DNA of 64,000 nucleotides from an uncultured Nitrososphaerota archaeon. GTDB taxonomy: Archaea; Thermoproteota; Nitrososphaeria; Nitrososphaerales; CADDZS01. Position numbers and translations under genes: made by a program. The number at the start of each line of letters is the position of its first letter. Position 1 is the stretch's first letter. The notes beneath the pieces were generated by a model, which searched no databases, was not told the DNA's origin, and worked only from the letters and a program-made list of their open reading frames with translations. Below are positions 41,466-51,262 of the stretch, one piece after another. Where the stretch lies: the NCBI GenBank assembly GCA_963799845.1, contig CAWCYI010000004.1, positions 736,001 to 800,000 on the forward strand, given 5' to 3'.

Positions 41466-41613
41466 CCGAGTCCTGAAATAATTCTACGGATTTCAGACCA
41501 ACATAGCTCGTTCGTATCGATGCTGATGCATATCTGGTAACCGATCCTGGCGGTTATTGAGAAAATCTCAACTATAACGAAAATTATTGGCTTCAGTCGA
41601 TTTAGCGTGACTG

Positions 41614-41934
41614 ATGTTTCATTGCAAAAGAAGCATTAATACCTGCTATCCCTGCCAACATAATTGGGATAAGAACTTGACCCAAAGCGACGACGACTAT
41701 GAGATTGAAAAATACTCAGAGGAAGTCAGGACGTATGAAGATCGTCGTATCACAACCGAACTTTCAAAACTTTACCGCGATCTAAAAGCGATGAATGAAG
41801 ATGATGAGATCACTCCTGAAGCAGATGAAAGGAAGGAAAAGATTTCGAAAGAAATAGAGATCACTAAACGAAGGATTGGTGTCCTGGAACAAGAAATTGG
41901 ACGAAGAAAGAAAGACGGTTCATGGATCTGGTAA
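41614..41934 (+). CDS. Acidic coiled-coil hypothetical protein
   Basis: Charged helical sequence; true start probably TTG (LTQSDD). Confidence 0.55.
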   Translation: MFHCKRSINTCYPCQHNWDKNLTQSDDDYEIEKYSEEVRTYEDRRITTELSKLYRDLKAMNEDDEITPEADERKEKISKEIEITKRRIGVLEQEIGRRKKDGSWIW

Positions 41935-41981
41935 TCTTTACGACTCCATCATCTAGTTCAAGATTTCTAAACCGATTTGAT

Positions 41982-42549
41982 TTGCCAGATCTTACTCGCT
42001 GCAGGTGGTCTCTTGGCGATCCATTGCTAACAGAGTATCATGACAAGGAGTGGGGCACTCCTGTTCACGAAGACAACCTCCTATTCGAGTTCCTTGTGCT
42101 CGAGGGAGCTCAGGCAGGTCTTCAGCTGGCTAACTGTTTTGAAGAAGCGCGAAAATTATCGGGAGGCATTCGATGGGTTTGATCCCAAAAAGGTTGCGCG
42201 ATACGACGCAGTCAAGATAGACACGTTATTGAAAGACAATGGGATAATCAGGAACAAGTTGAAAATCAAATCGTCTGTGGAAAACGCCAAAAGATTTTTG
42301 GCAGTCGAGAAGGAGTTTGGAAGCTTCGACAATTATATCTGGAGATTCGTAAACGGAGAACCGCTGAAGAACAGTTGGAGCTCGCTCGGACAGGTCCCCG
42401 CAAAAACGGCAGAGTCCGATTCAATGAGCAAAGATCTCATTAAACGGGGTTTCAGATTCGTCGGATCGACGATTTGCTACTCGTTCATGCAGGCAACCGG
42501 ACTTGTCAACGACCACGAAACTTCTTGTTTCAGGTATTCGCAGGTTTAG
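41982..42549 (+). CDS. tag: DNA-3-methyladenine glycosylase I, +1 frameshift near 42122
   Basis: RCRW..YHDKEWG..LEGAQAGL | SWLTVLKKRENYR, IIRNKLKI, GFRFVGSTICYSFMQA..NDH..C. Confidence 0.92.
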
Positions 42550-42557
42550 ACCATCGA

Positions 42558-42842
42558 TTATGTGAAACTGCTCAGCTTTCCTCGCCAGACGCCCGACGTG
42601 AGAACATATTTCGGATCCCTGCCCTGAAGCTCCTCTTCGATGAGTTCTAGTTCGTCAAGCGTCCTTCTCATGGCTTCGATATCCTTTGTCTTCTCTTTCA
42701 GATCGTTCGGCCTTACAACTTTCATCTCATCAAGAAATCGATTCAGCCAAGAAATGTCAGACTCCACCTTGCTCATCAGCTTCTTGGTTTCCCAGTGTTT
42801 TATCCTCTCCTTGTATTCCGCATCGTCCAAGGTCTTTCGCAA
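42558..42842 (-). CDS. Coiled-coil hypothetical protein
   Basis: Charged helical 94-aa ORF. Confidence 0.55.
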   Translation of the reverse strand: MRKTLDDAEYKERIKHWETKKLMSKVESDISWLNRFLDEMKVVRPNDLKEKTKDIEAMRRTLDELELIEEELQGRDPKYVLTSGVWRGKLSSFT

Positions 42843-43088
42843 TTTGATCAGAGGAGACTAATGCGGATTGAAAAAATTAGTCGATGAAATCTGGTTACAT
42901 CGGATTGGCCGGTAGTACGTATCAAACTAAAACTGTTACGCCACGAGAGCAATGATTCGAAATCGAGAAGAATCCATGATCTATCCTTCTCTCATACCAC
43001 TTGGTAGAACAGAGCGAAAAAAGGTTGTACATGCCCGAAAAACTGTATAGTTAAACATGCCAGGACATATCCTCCTATCAGATGTGTC

Positions 43089-43448
43089 ATGGCGCAACAG
43101 CTTATCGAGTCTAGACCTTCCGATTTATTCCTGAATAATCGATTGTATGGATGGCAAAAGCAGACAAGCGTCGAGGTTTTGCCGGCTTTGCCCCTGCGAA
43201 GAAAATCTGGAAAGCGTGCAATTCGCTCACAAGACGAAATCGAGGCGGCTATTCTGGATTCTTGCCGGACTCCTATCGTTCAGCACTGGATAATGGTGAA
43301 GGCAAGACTAGGCTATGACACTTTTTGGAAGCACATGAATCTCCTAATGATCGCCGGTCTGATGGAAGAGACGAGCGATGGGAGCAAGACCCTCTACCAG
43401 ACTAACGCCAAAGGGCTGGATGTCCTCGGCCGACTTGCCCTAGAGTAG
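43089..43448 (+). CDS. Winged-helix regulator (archaeal RS..I..IL..IM..A.L type)
   Basis: RSQDEIEAAIL..IMVKARLGY..YQTNAKG. Confidence 0.75.
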   Translation: MAQQLIESRPSDLFLNNRLYGWQKQTSVEVLPALPLRRKSGKRAIRSQDEIEAAILDSCRTPIVQHWIMVKARLGYDTFWKHMNLLMIAGLMEETSDGSKTLYQTNAKGLDVLGRLALE

Positions 43449-44106
43449 TCAAATCCGTTTTCTTTAGGTTAAGTTTCTTCCAGTATTGAAGTGTGTAGTC
43501 CCGGGACTCGAAGGCTGCCGAATACGATCGTTTCAAGAAAAAATCGCATCCTGAAGTTTCAAAAATACTTCATGACGTCTTGCTGTTTCTGTATCAACGA
43601 GGGCAGTTCGGTTTCAACATCCTTTTTTGGTTTCCTTCGGAAGAAGTGAGAGAGTAGCGTTTAGAAAAGTGTTGCAGAAATATTTCAGAAGCATGGAATA
43701 TCTCCGCCGAAACCAGGACCTTTGCTTGACCAAGTCGTTGACTACTCCGAACTTTTGATAGCATTCGGAATGAGTTTGCTCAAAGACGAAACAATCGAAT
43801 TTCAAATGCCAGCTGACGCGAGGTAAGTTTGGAGGGACATCGCGTTACTCCATGAGCCATCATACAGGTCTGCGGACATTCTCAGGGGGGGTGTCTGATG
43901 AGATGAGACGGTAATTTGAAAAATTGCAGAGTCCCTCAAGACGGAAGGGTGATGGTGAGATGGCGAGCTTTTGTCTCGACGCCTAAATGAAGTTCAATGC
44001 GTGCATCATTAAACCGGATCGTGGATTCACTTTTCGGCTTCTGTCGCTTAATGCATAATTGATTTAATTTGAAGAGGAACTTTCCTGAATCCAAGGAAAT
44101 CAAAAA

Positions 44107-45180
44107 TTGCCATCCGACACAACTTATGATGCAGATACGGTAGCAAGAATGGATGAAATGGCTGAAAGTGAAAAGATCGCAGCGATAATGCGAGCTGCAA
44201 GGCCCCAAGTCTCAGTGATTGGAGTCGGCGGCGCAGGCTGCAACATAGTCTCCTGGGTCAAGGAGAAGAAGGGCGGCATCTCCGGCGCGAAATTGATCGC
44301 GGCGAATACTGATGCGACGCACCTCAGCATAATCAAAGCGGACCGACGGATTCTGCTCGGCGAGAAGACAACTCGTGGAATGGGAGCAGGAGGGTACGCG
44401 GAGAGAGGTGCTGAAGCTGCTAGAGAATCAATCGAGCAGGTCAAGAAAGACACCGCAGGATCTAACATCATTTACGTTGCAACGGGACTTGGAGGAGGAA
44501 CCGGAACCGGAGCTTCGTGGGTTATTGCCAACGCGCTTCGACCGATGGGCGCATTGATGATTGGAGTCGTTACTCTTCCCTTTGCTGTTGAGAGATTCAG
44601 GTTCCAGAGCGCGAAGGAAGGACTACAGAAATTGAAGAGCTTCTGCGACACCGTCGTTGTCATCGACAACAACCGACTGGCGAAAGTCGCGGGCGACCTT
44701 CCACTCAAAGAAGCGCTAGGAGTTGCGAACGAGCTCGTGGGCGAGTTTGTCAAAGGAATCACCGAGACAATTACCACGGCGAGTTTGATCAACATCGACT
44801 TTGCGGACCTCAGGGCGATCATGGAGAAACGAGGAATTGCAGCTATCGGAGTCGGTGAGTCCACAGGCGATTCGAGAGTAGAGAGAGCCGTTCAGATGGC
44901 GCTTGACGCTCAGCTGCTCGATATCAAGGATGCCACGAAGGCCTTTGGTGTACTGATCCATGTCTCTGGTGGAGACGACATCACTCTAGACGAAGTTACC
45001 CAAGCAGGGGAGATGGTCACGAGATCTCTTCCGGCAAAGGCACGAGTTGTCTGGGGAGCCAGAGTTGACCCCACTTTGCAAGGAAAGGTCAGGGTCATGG
45101 TAGTCCTCACAGGTGTCGAGAGCACTTTTGCTGCGGAAAAAAGCGGCTCGATATCCCGGATGATCAGATCGAGATCCTAG
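44107..45180 (+). CDS. ftsZ: Cell division GTPase FtsZ
   Basis: GVGGAGCN, NTD, GLGGGTGTG, LPFAVE, INIDFADL (T7 loop). Confidence 0.95.
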   Translation: MPSDTTYDADTVARMDEMAESEKIAAIMRAARPQVSVIGVGGAGCNIVSWVKEKKGGISGAKLIAANTDATHLSIIKADRRILLGEKTTRGMGAGGYAERGAEAARESIEQVKKDTAGSNIIYVATGLGGGTGTGASWVIANALRPMGALMIGVVTLPFAVERFRFQSAKEGLQKLKSFCDTVVVIDNNRLAKVAGDLPLKEALGVANELVGEFVKGITETITTASLINIDFADLRAIMEKRGIAAIGVGESTGDSRVERAVQMALDAQLLDIKDATKAFGVLIHVSGGDDITLDEVTQAGEMVTRSLPAKARVVWGARVDPTLQGKVRVMVVLTGVESTFAAEKSGSISRMIRSRS

Positions 45181-45279
45181 TAAACTGAGATCGGAGGCAC
45201 GCGCAACTCGCGTGCTTTTCGAAAACTCGGGTGGCGTCGTTGTTTCAGGGGACACCCTGCAACTGAGATTTGATTTCCA

Positions 45280-45777
45280 ATGCTGGAAGAAGAGCAGAGT
45301 CACAAATCGACAAAGCAGAAGATCGAGGCCTGGCTTGAAGCCGAAGGAATCAGTTTCGAGCCGGTTTCGGACTTTAACGCATATTTTCACATCGCCGCGA
45401 ACCTGAAGAATATGCAGGTGCACTTGAGCGGGCCGAAGGTTCGGAAGGGCGTGCTCGCGGTCCAGGCGGTGGCATCGCTGGACGAGCAGCAACTCTGGAA
45501 GGCAAACCAGATCAGCCCCGAGGACAAGCGCTCAATATTCATCTCGCCATTCTCCAAGCTCGATCGGTCGGAATACCACTTCATGCTCCAGGAAGATTTT
45601 ACATCCAAGAGCTGGCTCAGGATACAGAGAACTCTGTACATCGAAGACATCTCCAGGACGAGCGTACTCCGAGAAATGAAAGAGCTCGACGTAAAGTTCG
45701 TTGCGGTGAATTATGATCTGAACGAGGCGCTCGACATCGCGCCGAAAGCCGTGCCGGAAGAGACGATTTACAAGTAG
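45280..45777 (+). CDS. DUF2299-like hypothetical protein
   Basis: IEAWLEAEG..AYFH..RTLYIED pattern. Confidence 0.55.
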   Translation: MLEEEQSHKSTKQKIEAWLEAEGISFEPVSDFNAYFHIAANLKNMQVHLSGPKVRKGVLAVQAVASLDEQQLWKANQISPEDKRSIFISPFSKLDRSEYHFMLQEDFTSKSWLRIQRTLYIEDISRTSVLREMKELDVKFVAVNYDLNEALDIAPKAVPEETIYK

Positions 45778-46402
45778 TGAATTCGGAGTTTTGAGCTCTG
45801 ATTGAGCCACAGATAGCCCCTTCAAAGTGTGCGTCATTTTCGTCGAGAATGGTTGTGACCGATATGTTATTTCCGACAGCAGAAAGAATGTGCATGGAGC
45901 CATTCAGTCCGATCTCGGCTTTGGTTAAGATCAGAAGGGATAAGCAGGAAAATAGAAAGCCGACTGTCTAATTATTTCCAGTGAATTTGCAGCGGCCGGA
46001 ATGTCCTTCATCATCAATGCATTGAACAGTTTTTCTATAAATCCTAGTAACATTTCTGCACCTAGGTTTCCCACTTTCGTTCAGGGTTGTGTACTTTATT
46101 TTGAAAATTCTAGGCTTGAACGAATTATTCTCTTCTTTCTTCATTGTCTCATTCTACAGATTGTAATCTCCAACGGGTAGGCTCGCTTAACATTCTACCT
46201 TGCTTGCCTAGGCGGAGATTTCATTTTACCGAACTAGATTCTTCTCAATCATGTATTTTAATGTGAAAAGGATCATTATTCTAACATTGGAGCGCATCGA
46301 ACTGGGTGTCTTTCCTGAGAAAAGCAGGAGATCGGTCAATAGAGGCTTTCAGGCTTTTCCGGAGTTACTCTCCTTTGTGAGCAGACTTGGCGATTTTCAA
46401 AT

Positions 46403-47005
46403 TTGATAAAAGAATGGATACACAAACTGAGATTACGCTATACTGGGCTTTTCAAAATAGGGACGTTTGGAATCAGTTCAGGATTGGGCTTCCTAGTTGC
46501 AGAGACCATCTTGACGATTGGTGTTCTGTTGATCTTCGGAAGCATCAAAGTGAAAACCGCAGTGTATTCGTCTCCCGTGCTCCTGGCACTTGACATATTC
46601 GCACTCAGCATCGGTGTTACTGTGTCTTTCTTCATCAACCAGACATCTTTCAAATGGGCCGACTTAATTGACCCGACGGGAGCTCTCTTTACGCGGTTGT
46701 TAAGATTTCAACTGGTATCGTGGGGAGGTAATGCGTTCATAATAGGTGTTCAGCTGCTACTTTTGAAGGAGTTTTCGATCTCTCCATCGGTTGGAAATGT
46801 TATAGGAGCTTTAGTGACTTTTCCCCTCGCATATCTATTCTCGATGCGGTATGTGTGGAAAAGTTCGAACGCGAGAAACGTCAAAGGGAACATTAAAGGC
46901 ACTACCTCTGGAAAAGCAATGACCTGCCAAAACTGCAGTCATCCTCTCCCTTCTAAGGTACTTCAGTTAAGAAGAAGGAGTTTCAGAGGCAACTTCTCGT
47001 TTTGA
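46403..47005 (+). CDS. GtrA-family membrane protein
   Basis: FKIGTFGISSGLG, SFFINQ, LRFQLVS, AYLFSMRYVW. Confidence 0.8.
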   Translation: MIKEWIHKLRLRYTGLFKIGTFGISSGLGFLVAETILTIGVLLIFGSIKVKTAVYSSPVLLALDIFALSIGVTVSFFINQTSFKWADLIDPTGALFTRLLRFQLVSWGGNAFIIGVQLLLLKEFSISPSVGNVIGALVTFPLAYLFSMRYVWKSSNARNVKGNIKGTTSGKAMTCQNCSHPLPSKVLQLRRRSFRGNFSF

Positions 47006-47006
47006 C

Positions 47007-47336
47007 TCAAACCTCTGGCAAGAGCTTGAGATCTTCTTTGATCGAGACGTACTGTCTCAGGAGCATGAATCCCTTTTCCGTGAGCTTGTAGAGTCTTTTT
47101 CCATCACTGTCTTGAGAAACCACTAGTCCCTGAGTTTCGAGGTCTTTGATGTACCCCTGCATCACTGTCCACGACAAGTTAGCCCTATACATTATGTGGG
47201 TTGGTTTTTCAGCACCGGCCCCGATCGCTTTGACGATGTCGCAGTATGTTTCCATCTTGGATCGTCTGTTGAGTTGCTGCTGGCGTGGTTGCTGAGTCTG
47301 AGTTGTCTGTCCTTCTACTAGAGATGTGGTTTCCAA
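47007..47336 (-). CDS. Winged-helix regulator
   Basis: RRSKMETYCDIV..KPTHIMYRANLSW..YKLTEKG. Confidence 0.85.
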   Translation of the reverse strand: METTSLVEGQTTQTQQPRQQQLNRRSKMETYCDIVKAIGAGAEKPTHIMYRANLSWTVMQGYIKDLETQGLVVSQDSDGKRLYKLTEKGFMLLRQYVSIKEDLKLLPEV

Positions 47337-47664
47337 TTCTGAGTTCTACTCCTGTCCTTTTCGATTATATCGTCAATAGATGTTCCCGGAATATATCCTT
47401 CCAAGCACGTTTTCGATAAGATAATTCGGATAGCTTCTGGAATTCGGCAACATTTCACTAAGATTTGAAATTCTCCGAGAAATTCGAACGAGCTGATCTC
47501 TGAGAAACATTTTCCCAAAACTACTGCTGAACAAGTCCGTAATTTAAGAATGAAAGGAAAATTCTAGAAAAGTTGAAGCTCAGCTCGATGGTTGCATCTG
47601 GCGAAGTTTCAACTCGGGACAGTTTTTGGCTCAAGCGCTAGTTGCAGAGCTTTCTAGAATCGCT

Positions 47665-48399
47665 CTAACCTGAAAACGCAAGTATGGATAACCCATTGGG
47701 AGTGAACGCGAGGCTGTGATAAGTCCTGTCGTGTTCTGTACCTCTCAACTTTTTGACGACAAACCTCGTTCTCATCTCCATTGATTCCGTCACGTAACTT
47801 TCGAGCTGGAAAATCCCGTCAGCCACAAATTCTTCTACGCCGGTTTGACGCGGTGAGTTTTTTGAAAAGTGCCTGGAGGCAGTCATCAAAGTTGTTATTC
47901 CCTCGCGCTTTAGCGTCTTGTATATCAGGTGCATCATGAAGGTATAATCGAACTTTTCCCCAGTTCCACTGAGAAAAGCCGTCAAGGAATCCACCACAAG
48001 TCGTTTGCCCTTGATCTCGTCCAATGCTTCAAGAAGAACCTGTATGTTTGAACTGAGGCCCCGTCCCTCAAGGGCTTCGAGGTCCAGCAGTTTCAATTTT
48101 TTCTTTGCCTCTAGCGCAGACAGGTCAAATCCAAATTTCATCATGTTCCTTTTGAGACTGCGGATGTCCTCCTCAAACGTAGCAAAGACCGCCGGCTCAT
48201 CCATCGTCAGAGCAGCGTTGTAAACAAACTCACATGAGAAAATAGTCTTGCCAGTACCCAGCCCGCCGATCAAGAGAACAAAATCTCCACGTTGCAATCC
48301 GCCCTGAATCATGGGGTCTAGACCTGGAATCCCAGTAGGAACGCGAGCGTCTTGATTCAATTCTAGCGATGCATCTCCTGAGCCTACTAAAAAATACAT
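47665..48399 (-). CDS. Single-domain KaiC/RAD55-like ATPase (1)
   Basis: PTGIPGLD, GGLGTGKT, FEE, LVVDSLT, KKLRGTEH. Confidence 0.9.
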   Translation of the reverse strand: MYFLVGSGDASLELNQDARVPTGIPGLDPMIQGGLQRGDFVLLIGGLGTGKTIFSCEFVYNAALTMDEPAVFATFEEDIRSLKRNMMKFGFDLSALEAKKKLKLLDLEALEGRGLSSNIQVLLEALDEIKGKRLVVDSLTAFLSGTGEKFDYTFMMHLIYKTLKREGITTLMTASRHFSKNSPRQTGVEEFVADGIFQLESYVTESMEMRTRFVVKKLRGTEHDRTYHSLAFTPNGLSILAFSG

Positions 48400-48609
48400 T
48401 GTTTAGGCTGCCAGCTCAGAGTGATCAGATTATTTCAATTGAATGGGAAATTCCTCAAAAGTGTAGTGCAAGTCTGAAGCACGGCTCCTTTTTGCTTAAT
48501 ACAATTTGAGACCATTTTTTCATTTTGATGCCCATAGAGATGCGGACAATAGGGTACTGTCGGTACTCGAAATCCGCGGGCAATCTTAGGGGAGACGTGT
48601 AAATCTCCC

Positions 48610-49485
48610 ATGCAAACAACGGTCGTTACTTCCAATCCCGCTTTTAGGGAAATCGTTTACGGCGGGCATTTGCTGGCCCTAGGGACCGCTAGCATCGCAG
48701 CGTCGAGTGCGATCATTCTTGGTCGTACTCCCAGCTTAATTCTCCTCGTTATGGCTTACCTTTTTTCTTACGGAGCTTACATGCTGAATAGAGGCTCCGA
48801 AGTAGCGCAGGACAGCGTCTCCGATCCCGCGAGAACAAATTACCTTCAGGGCCGCAGCAGATACCTGATGGTGATTTCCGGTCTCTGTTTCGGGATCGGA
48901 TATCTTCTAGCCGCGACCGTTAATTTGGTTTTTCTCGGTGCACTGTTGATCCCGCTCGTTCTAGCGGTTACCTATACCATCGGTTCGAAAAAACTGGTGT
49001 CGTTAATCGGCGCAAAACGACTCAAAGAGAAACTCCTCGTGAAAAATCTCGTCATCTCCTTTGGGTGGTCGCTCATTCCAGTTCTTGTTGGACTATATTA
49101 CAGGAGCGTTCCGATATTTCTCCTTGCGTTCGCTCCTTACATTTTCTTCAGGCTGATGTCGAACACTGTCTTCTTCGACCTACGCGACGTTAGAGCAGAC
49201 AGTGAGTTTGGGGTTCGAACTATCCCCGTTGTTTATGGAACCGGGTTAGCTTACAGGTTGATGACAATATTCGATTTTGTCTCCGCTGCTTACATCCTTC
49301 TGCTAGTCACATTTCGCCTATTTCCAACATTCACCCTTGTCATGATCTTGCTCCCCGCGTACTCTTTGATCTATAGACGGATCTCTCAGAGTCCTGGCGC
49401 AAATCTTGGATTGTTGTGCGATTTAGTCGCCGATGGTGAATACCTCCTATGGGGGCCCTTATTGTTCTTTGGAAAAATTATCTAA
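48610..49485 (+). CDS. UbiA-superfamily membrane prenyltransferase
   Basis: Multi-TM; NRGSEVAQD..PAR, RLKEKLLVKN, DLRDVRADSEFGVRTIP. Confidence 0.85.
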   Translation: MQTTVVTSNPAFREIVYGGHLLALGTASIAASSAIILGRTPSLILLVMAYLFSYGAYMLNRGSEVAQDSVSDPARTNYLQGRSRYLMVISGLCFGIGYLLAATVNLVFLGALLIPLVLAVTYTIGSKKLVSLIGAKRLKEKLLVKNLVISFGWSLIPVLVGLYYRSVPIFLLAFAPYIFFRLMSNTVFFDLRDVRADSEFGVRTIPVVYGTGLAYRLMTIFDFVSAAYILLLVTFRLFPTFTLVMILLPAYSLIYRRISQSPGANLGLLCDLVADGEYLLWGPLLFFGKII

Positions 49486-50503
49486 GCTTGATAATCGGCT
49501 TCAAGGACGCCCCGTTGACCTAGATACTATTATCCAAAAATACCGCCTTGCCATTGAGAAGGCGATAAAGGAGACCGACCTAATCCAAGGGTCTCCCCTT
49601 AGCAAGGAAGCGAAGATAGTTATGGAAGCAGGTGGAAAGAGGCTTCGACCGGTACTCGTCCTTATGGGCTGCGAAGCAGTATCGGGTCAGTTCGAGACGG
49701 CGATACCCGCGGCGATGGCTTATGAGCTGGCGCATGAAGCATCCTTGGTGCAGGATGATATTTTCGATAACTCCGATTTGAGGCACGACAGGGAAACTGT
49801 TCACAAGCGGCAGGGGCTCATTATTGCGGTCCTCGTTTCCGATCTTATGATTTTCGAGATTTTTACTCAACTCGCAAAATACGAATCTTCGGAGCTGACG
49901 AAAGCCAAGCTCGCGAAATTGATGACGTACATTTCAAGAGCGGCAAATCTCACAATAAAGGGCGAGTTTCTTGAGGCAAAATACGCGACCAAATCAAGCT
50001 TTTCTGAGGAAGAATACCTTGAAGTTGCAAAGCTGAAGACTGGTTCGCTTCTTGCGGCAACGGCGGCTTCGGGTGCCCTGGTGGGTGGCGGAAGCGAGAA
50101 TATCGTCGACTCTATGTATCAGTTTGGACTGAACCTCGGAATCGCCTTCCAGATCAGGGATGACATCCTTGATGTCAGCGGAAACCAGGCGCAGCTCGGA
50201 AAGCCGGTGCTCAAAGATCTTCAAAACAACGTCTGCAATATAGTCTTGATCAACGCGCTCGAAAGAGGGGACGCGTATCATAAGAGCCAGATCAATTCAA
50301 TGCTTTACAAGAAATGGTTCGCTATGCCTGATGTCCAGAGCCTTCAGAGTTTGCTGAATGAACTGAAAGCCGTGGAATATGCTTCGAGCCTCGCCGAGAG
50401 ATATACCTCACTGAGCAGAGAATGCTTGGCGTCATTACGAGAATCACCTGTTAAGGATAAACTTCTCGGCCTGACCTACGCACTTGAGACGAGGAAAATC
50501 TGA
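49433..50503 (+). CDS. Trans-polyprenyl diphosphate synthase family protein
   Basis: GGKRLRP, SLVQDDIFD, LKTGSL, FQIRDDILD, LGKP; start uncertain (overlaps ubiA). Confidence 0.9.
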   Translation: MVNTSYGGPYCSLEKLSKLDNRLQGRPVDLDTIIQKYRLAIEKAIKETDLIQGSPLSKEAKIVMEAGGKRLRPVLVLMGCEAVSGQFETAIPAAMAYELAHEASLVQDDIFDNSDLRHDRETVHKRQGLIIAVLVSDLMIFEIFTQLAKYESSELTKAKLAKLMTYISRAANLTIKGEFLEAKYATKSSFSEEEYLEVAKLKTGSLLAATAASGALVGGGSENIVDSMYQFGLNLGIAFQIRDDILDVSGNQAQLGKPVLKDLQNNVCNIVLINALERGDAYHKSQINSMLYKKWFAMPDVQSLQSLLNELKAVEYASSLAERYTSLSRECLASLRESPVKDKLLGLTYALETRKI

Positions 50504-50566
50504 CCCAAATGATAAAGATAAATGTGATAGAAGCGTCCGGCGTGCAAGGGAGACTCTGACAAGGTC

Positions 50567-51253
50567 TTGAGCGAGAGCACACTGTTGAAAGCGGATAGAA
50601 TACCGACCGGGATAAATGGACTGGATGGGCTGATCCAGGGGGGACTGATGCGAGGAGATGTTCATCTTATTACCGGGGGCCCCGGGACGGGAAAGACGAT
50701 CCTGGCATCGCGATTTGTTTTCAATGCCGCCAAGAATCTAGGGGAACGAATAGTGTATGCGACATTTGAAGAATCTTCGGAATTTTTCAAGAAAAATCTT
50801 GCAAAGCTTGGAACCGATTTTTCCTCTCTCGAGAAGGAAGGAAAAGTCAAAATTATCGATCTTGAGATCCTCCGGGGAAAAGGTTTGGAGTCGAACATAT
50901 CATATGTAATTGAGCTCGTAGCAAAGGCCAGAGCTTCGATTCTGGTGATAGATTCGCTGACCGCGCTTTTACTTGCGTGCGAGACTCAGTTTGAGCAGAG
51001 GACTTTCATGAAAACGGTTTACAAATCGCTAAAGGCAAAAGATGTGACCACCGTGATGACCGTCAGTCTTGATGAGGACGGTACGGTCGGTTCGGAGGGC
51101 TTCATGTCGGACTCGGTGATGTTTCTAGAAAATTGGGTTGACAAGAATCAGTTCAAGACGAGATTCCTCATTCAGAAGATGAGGGGAACTGATCACAGCA
51201 GGAGATATCACAGTTTCACGCTTGGCCCAGACGTATCGGTATCCAGGTTTTAG
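50567..51253 (+). CDS. Single-domain KaiC/RAD55-like ATPase (2)
   Basis: PTGINGLD, GGPGTGKT, FEE, VIDSLT, KMRGTDH. Confidence 0.9.
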   Translation: MSESTLLKADRIPTGINGLDGLIQGGLMRGDVHLITGGPGTGKTILASRFVFNAAKNLGERIVYATFEESSEFFKKNLAKLGTDFSSLEKEGKVKIIDLEILRGKGLESNISYVIELVAKARASILVIDSLTALLLACETQFEQRTFMKTVYKSLKAKDVTTVMTVSLDEDGTVGSEGFMSDSVMFLENWVDKNQFKTRFLIQKMRGTDHSRRYHSFTLGPDVSVSRF

Positions 51254-51262
51254 ATTGATGCG

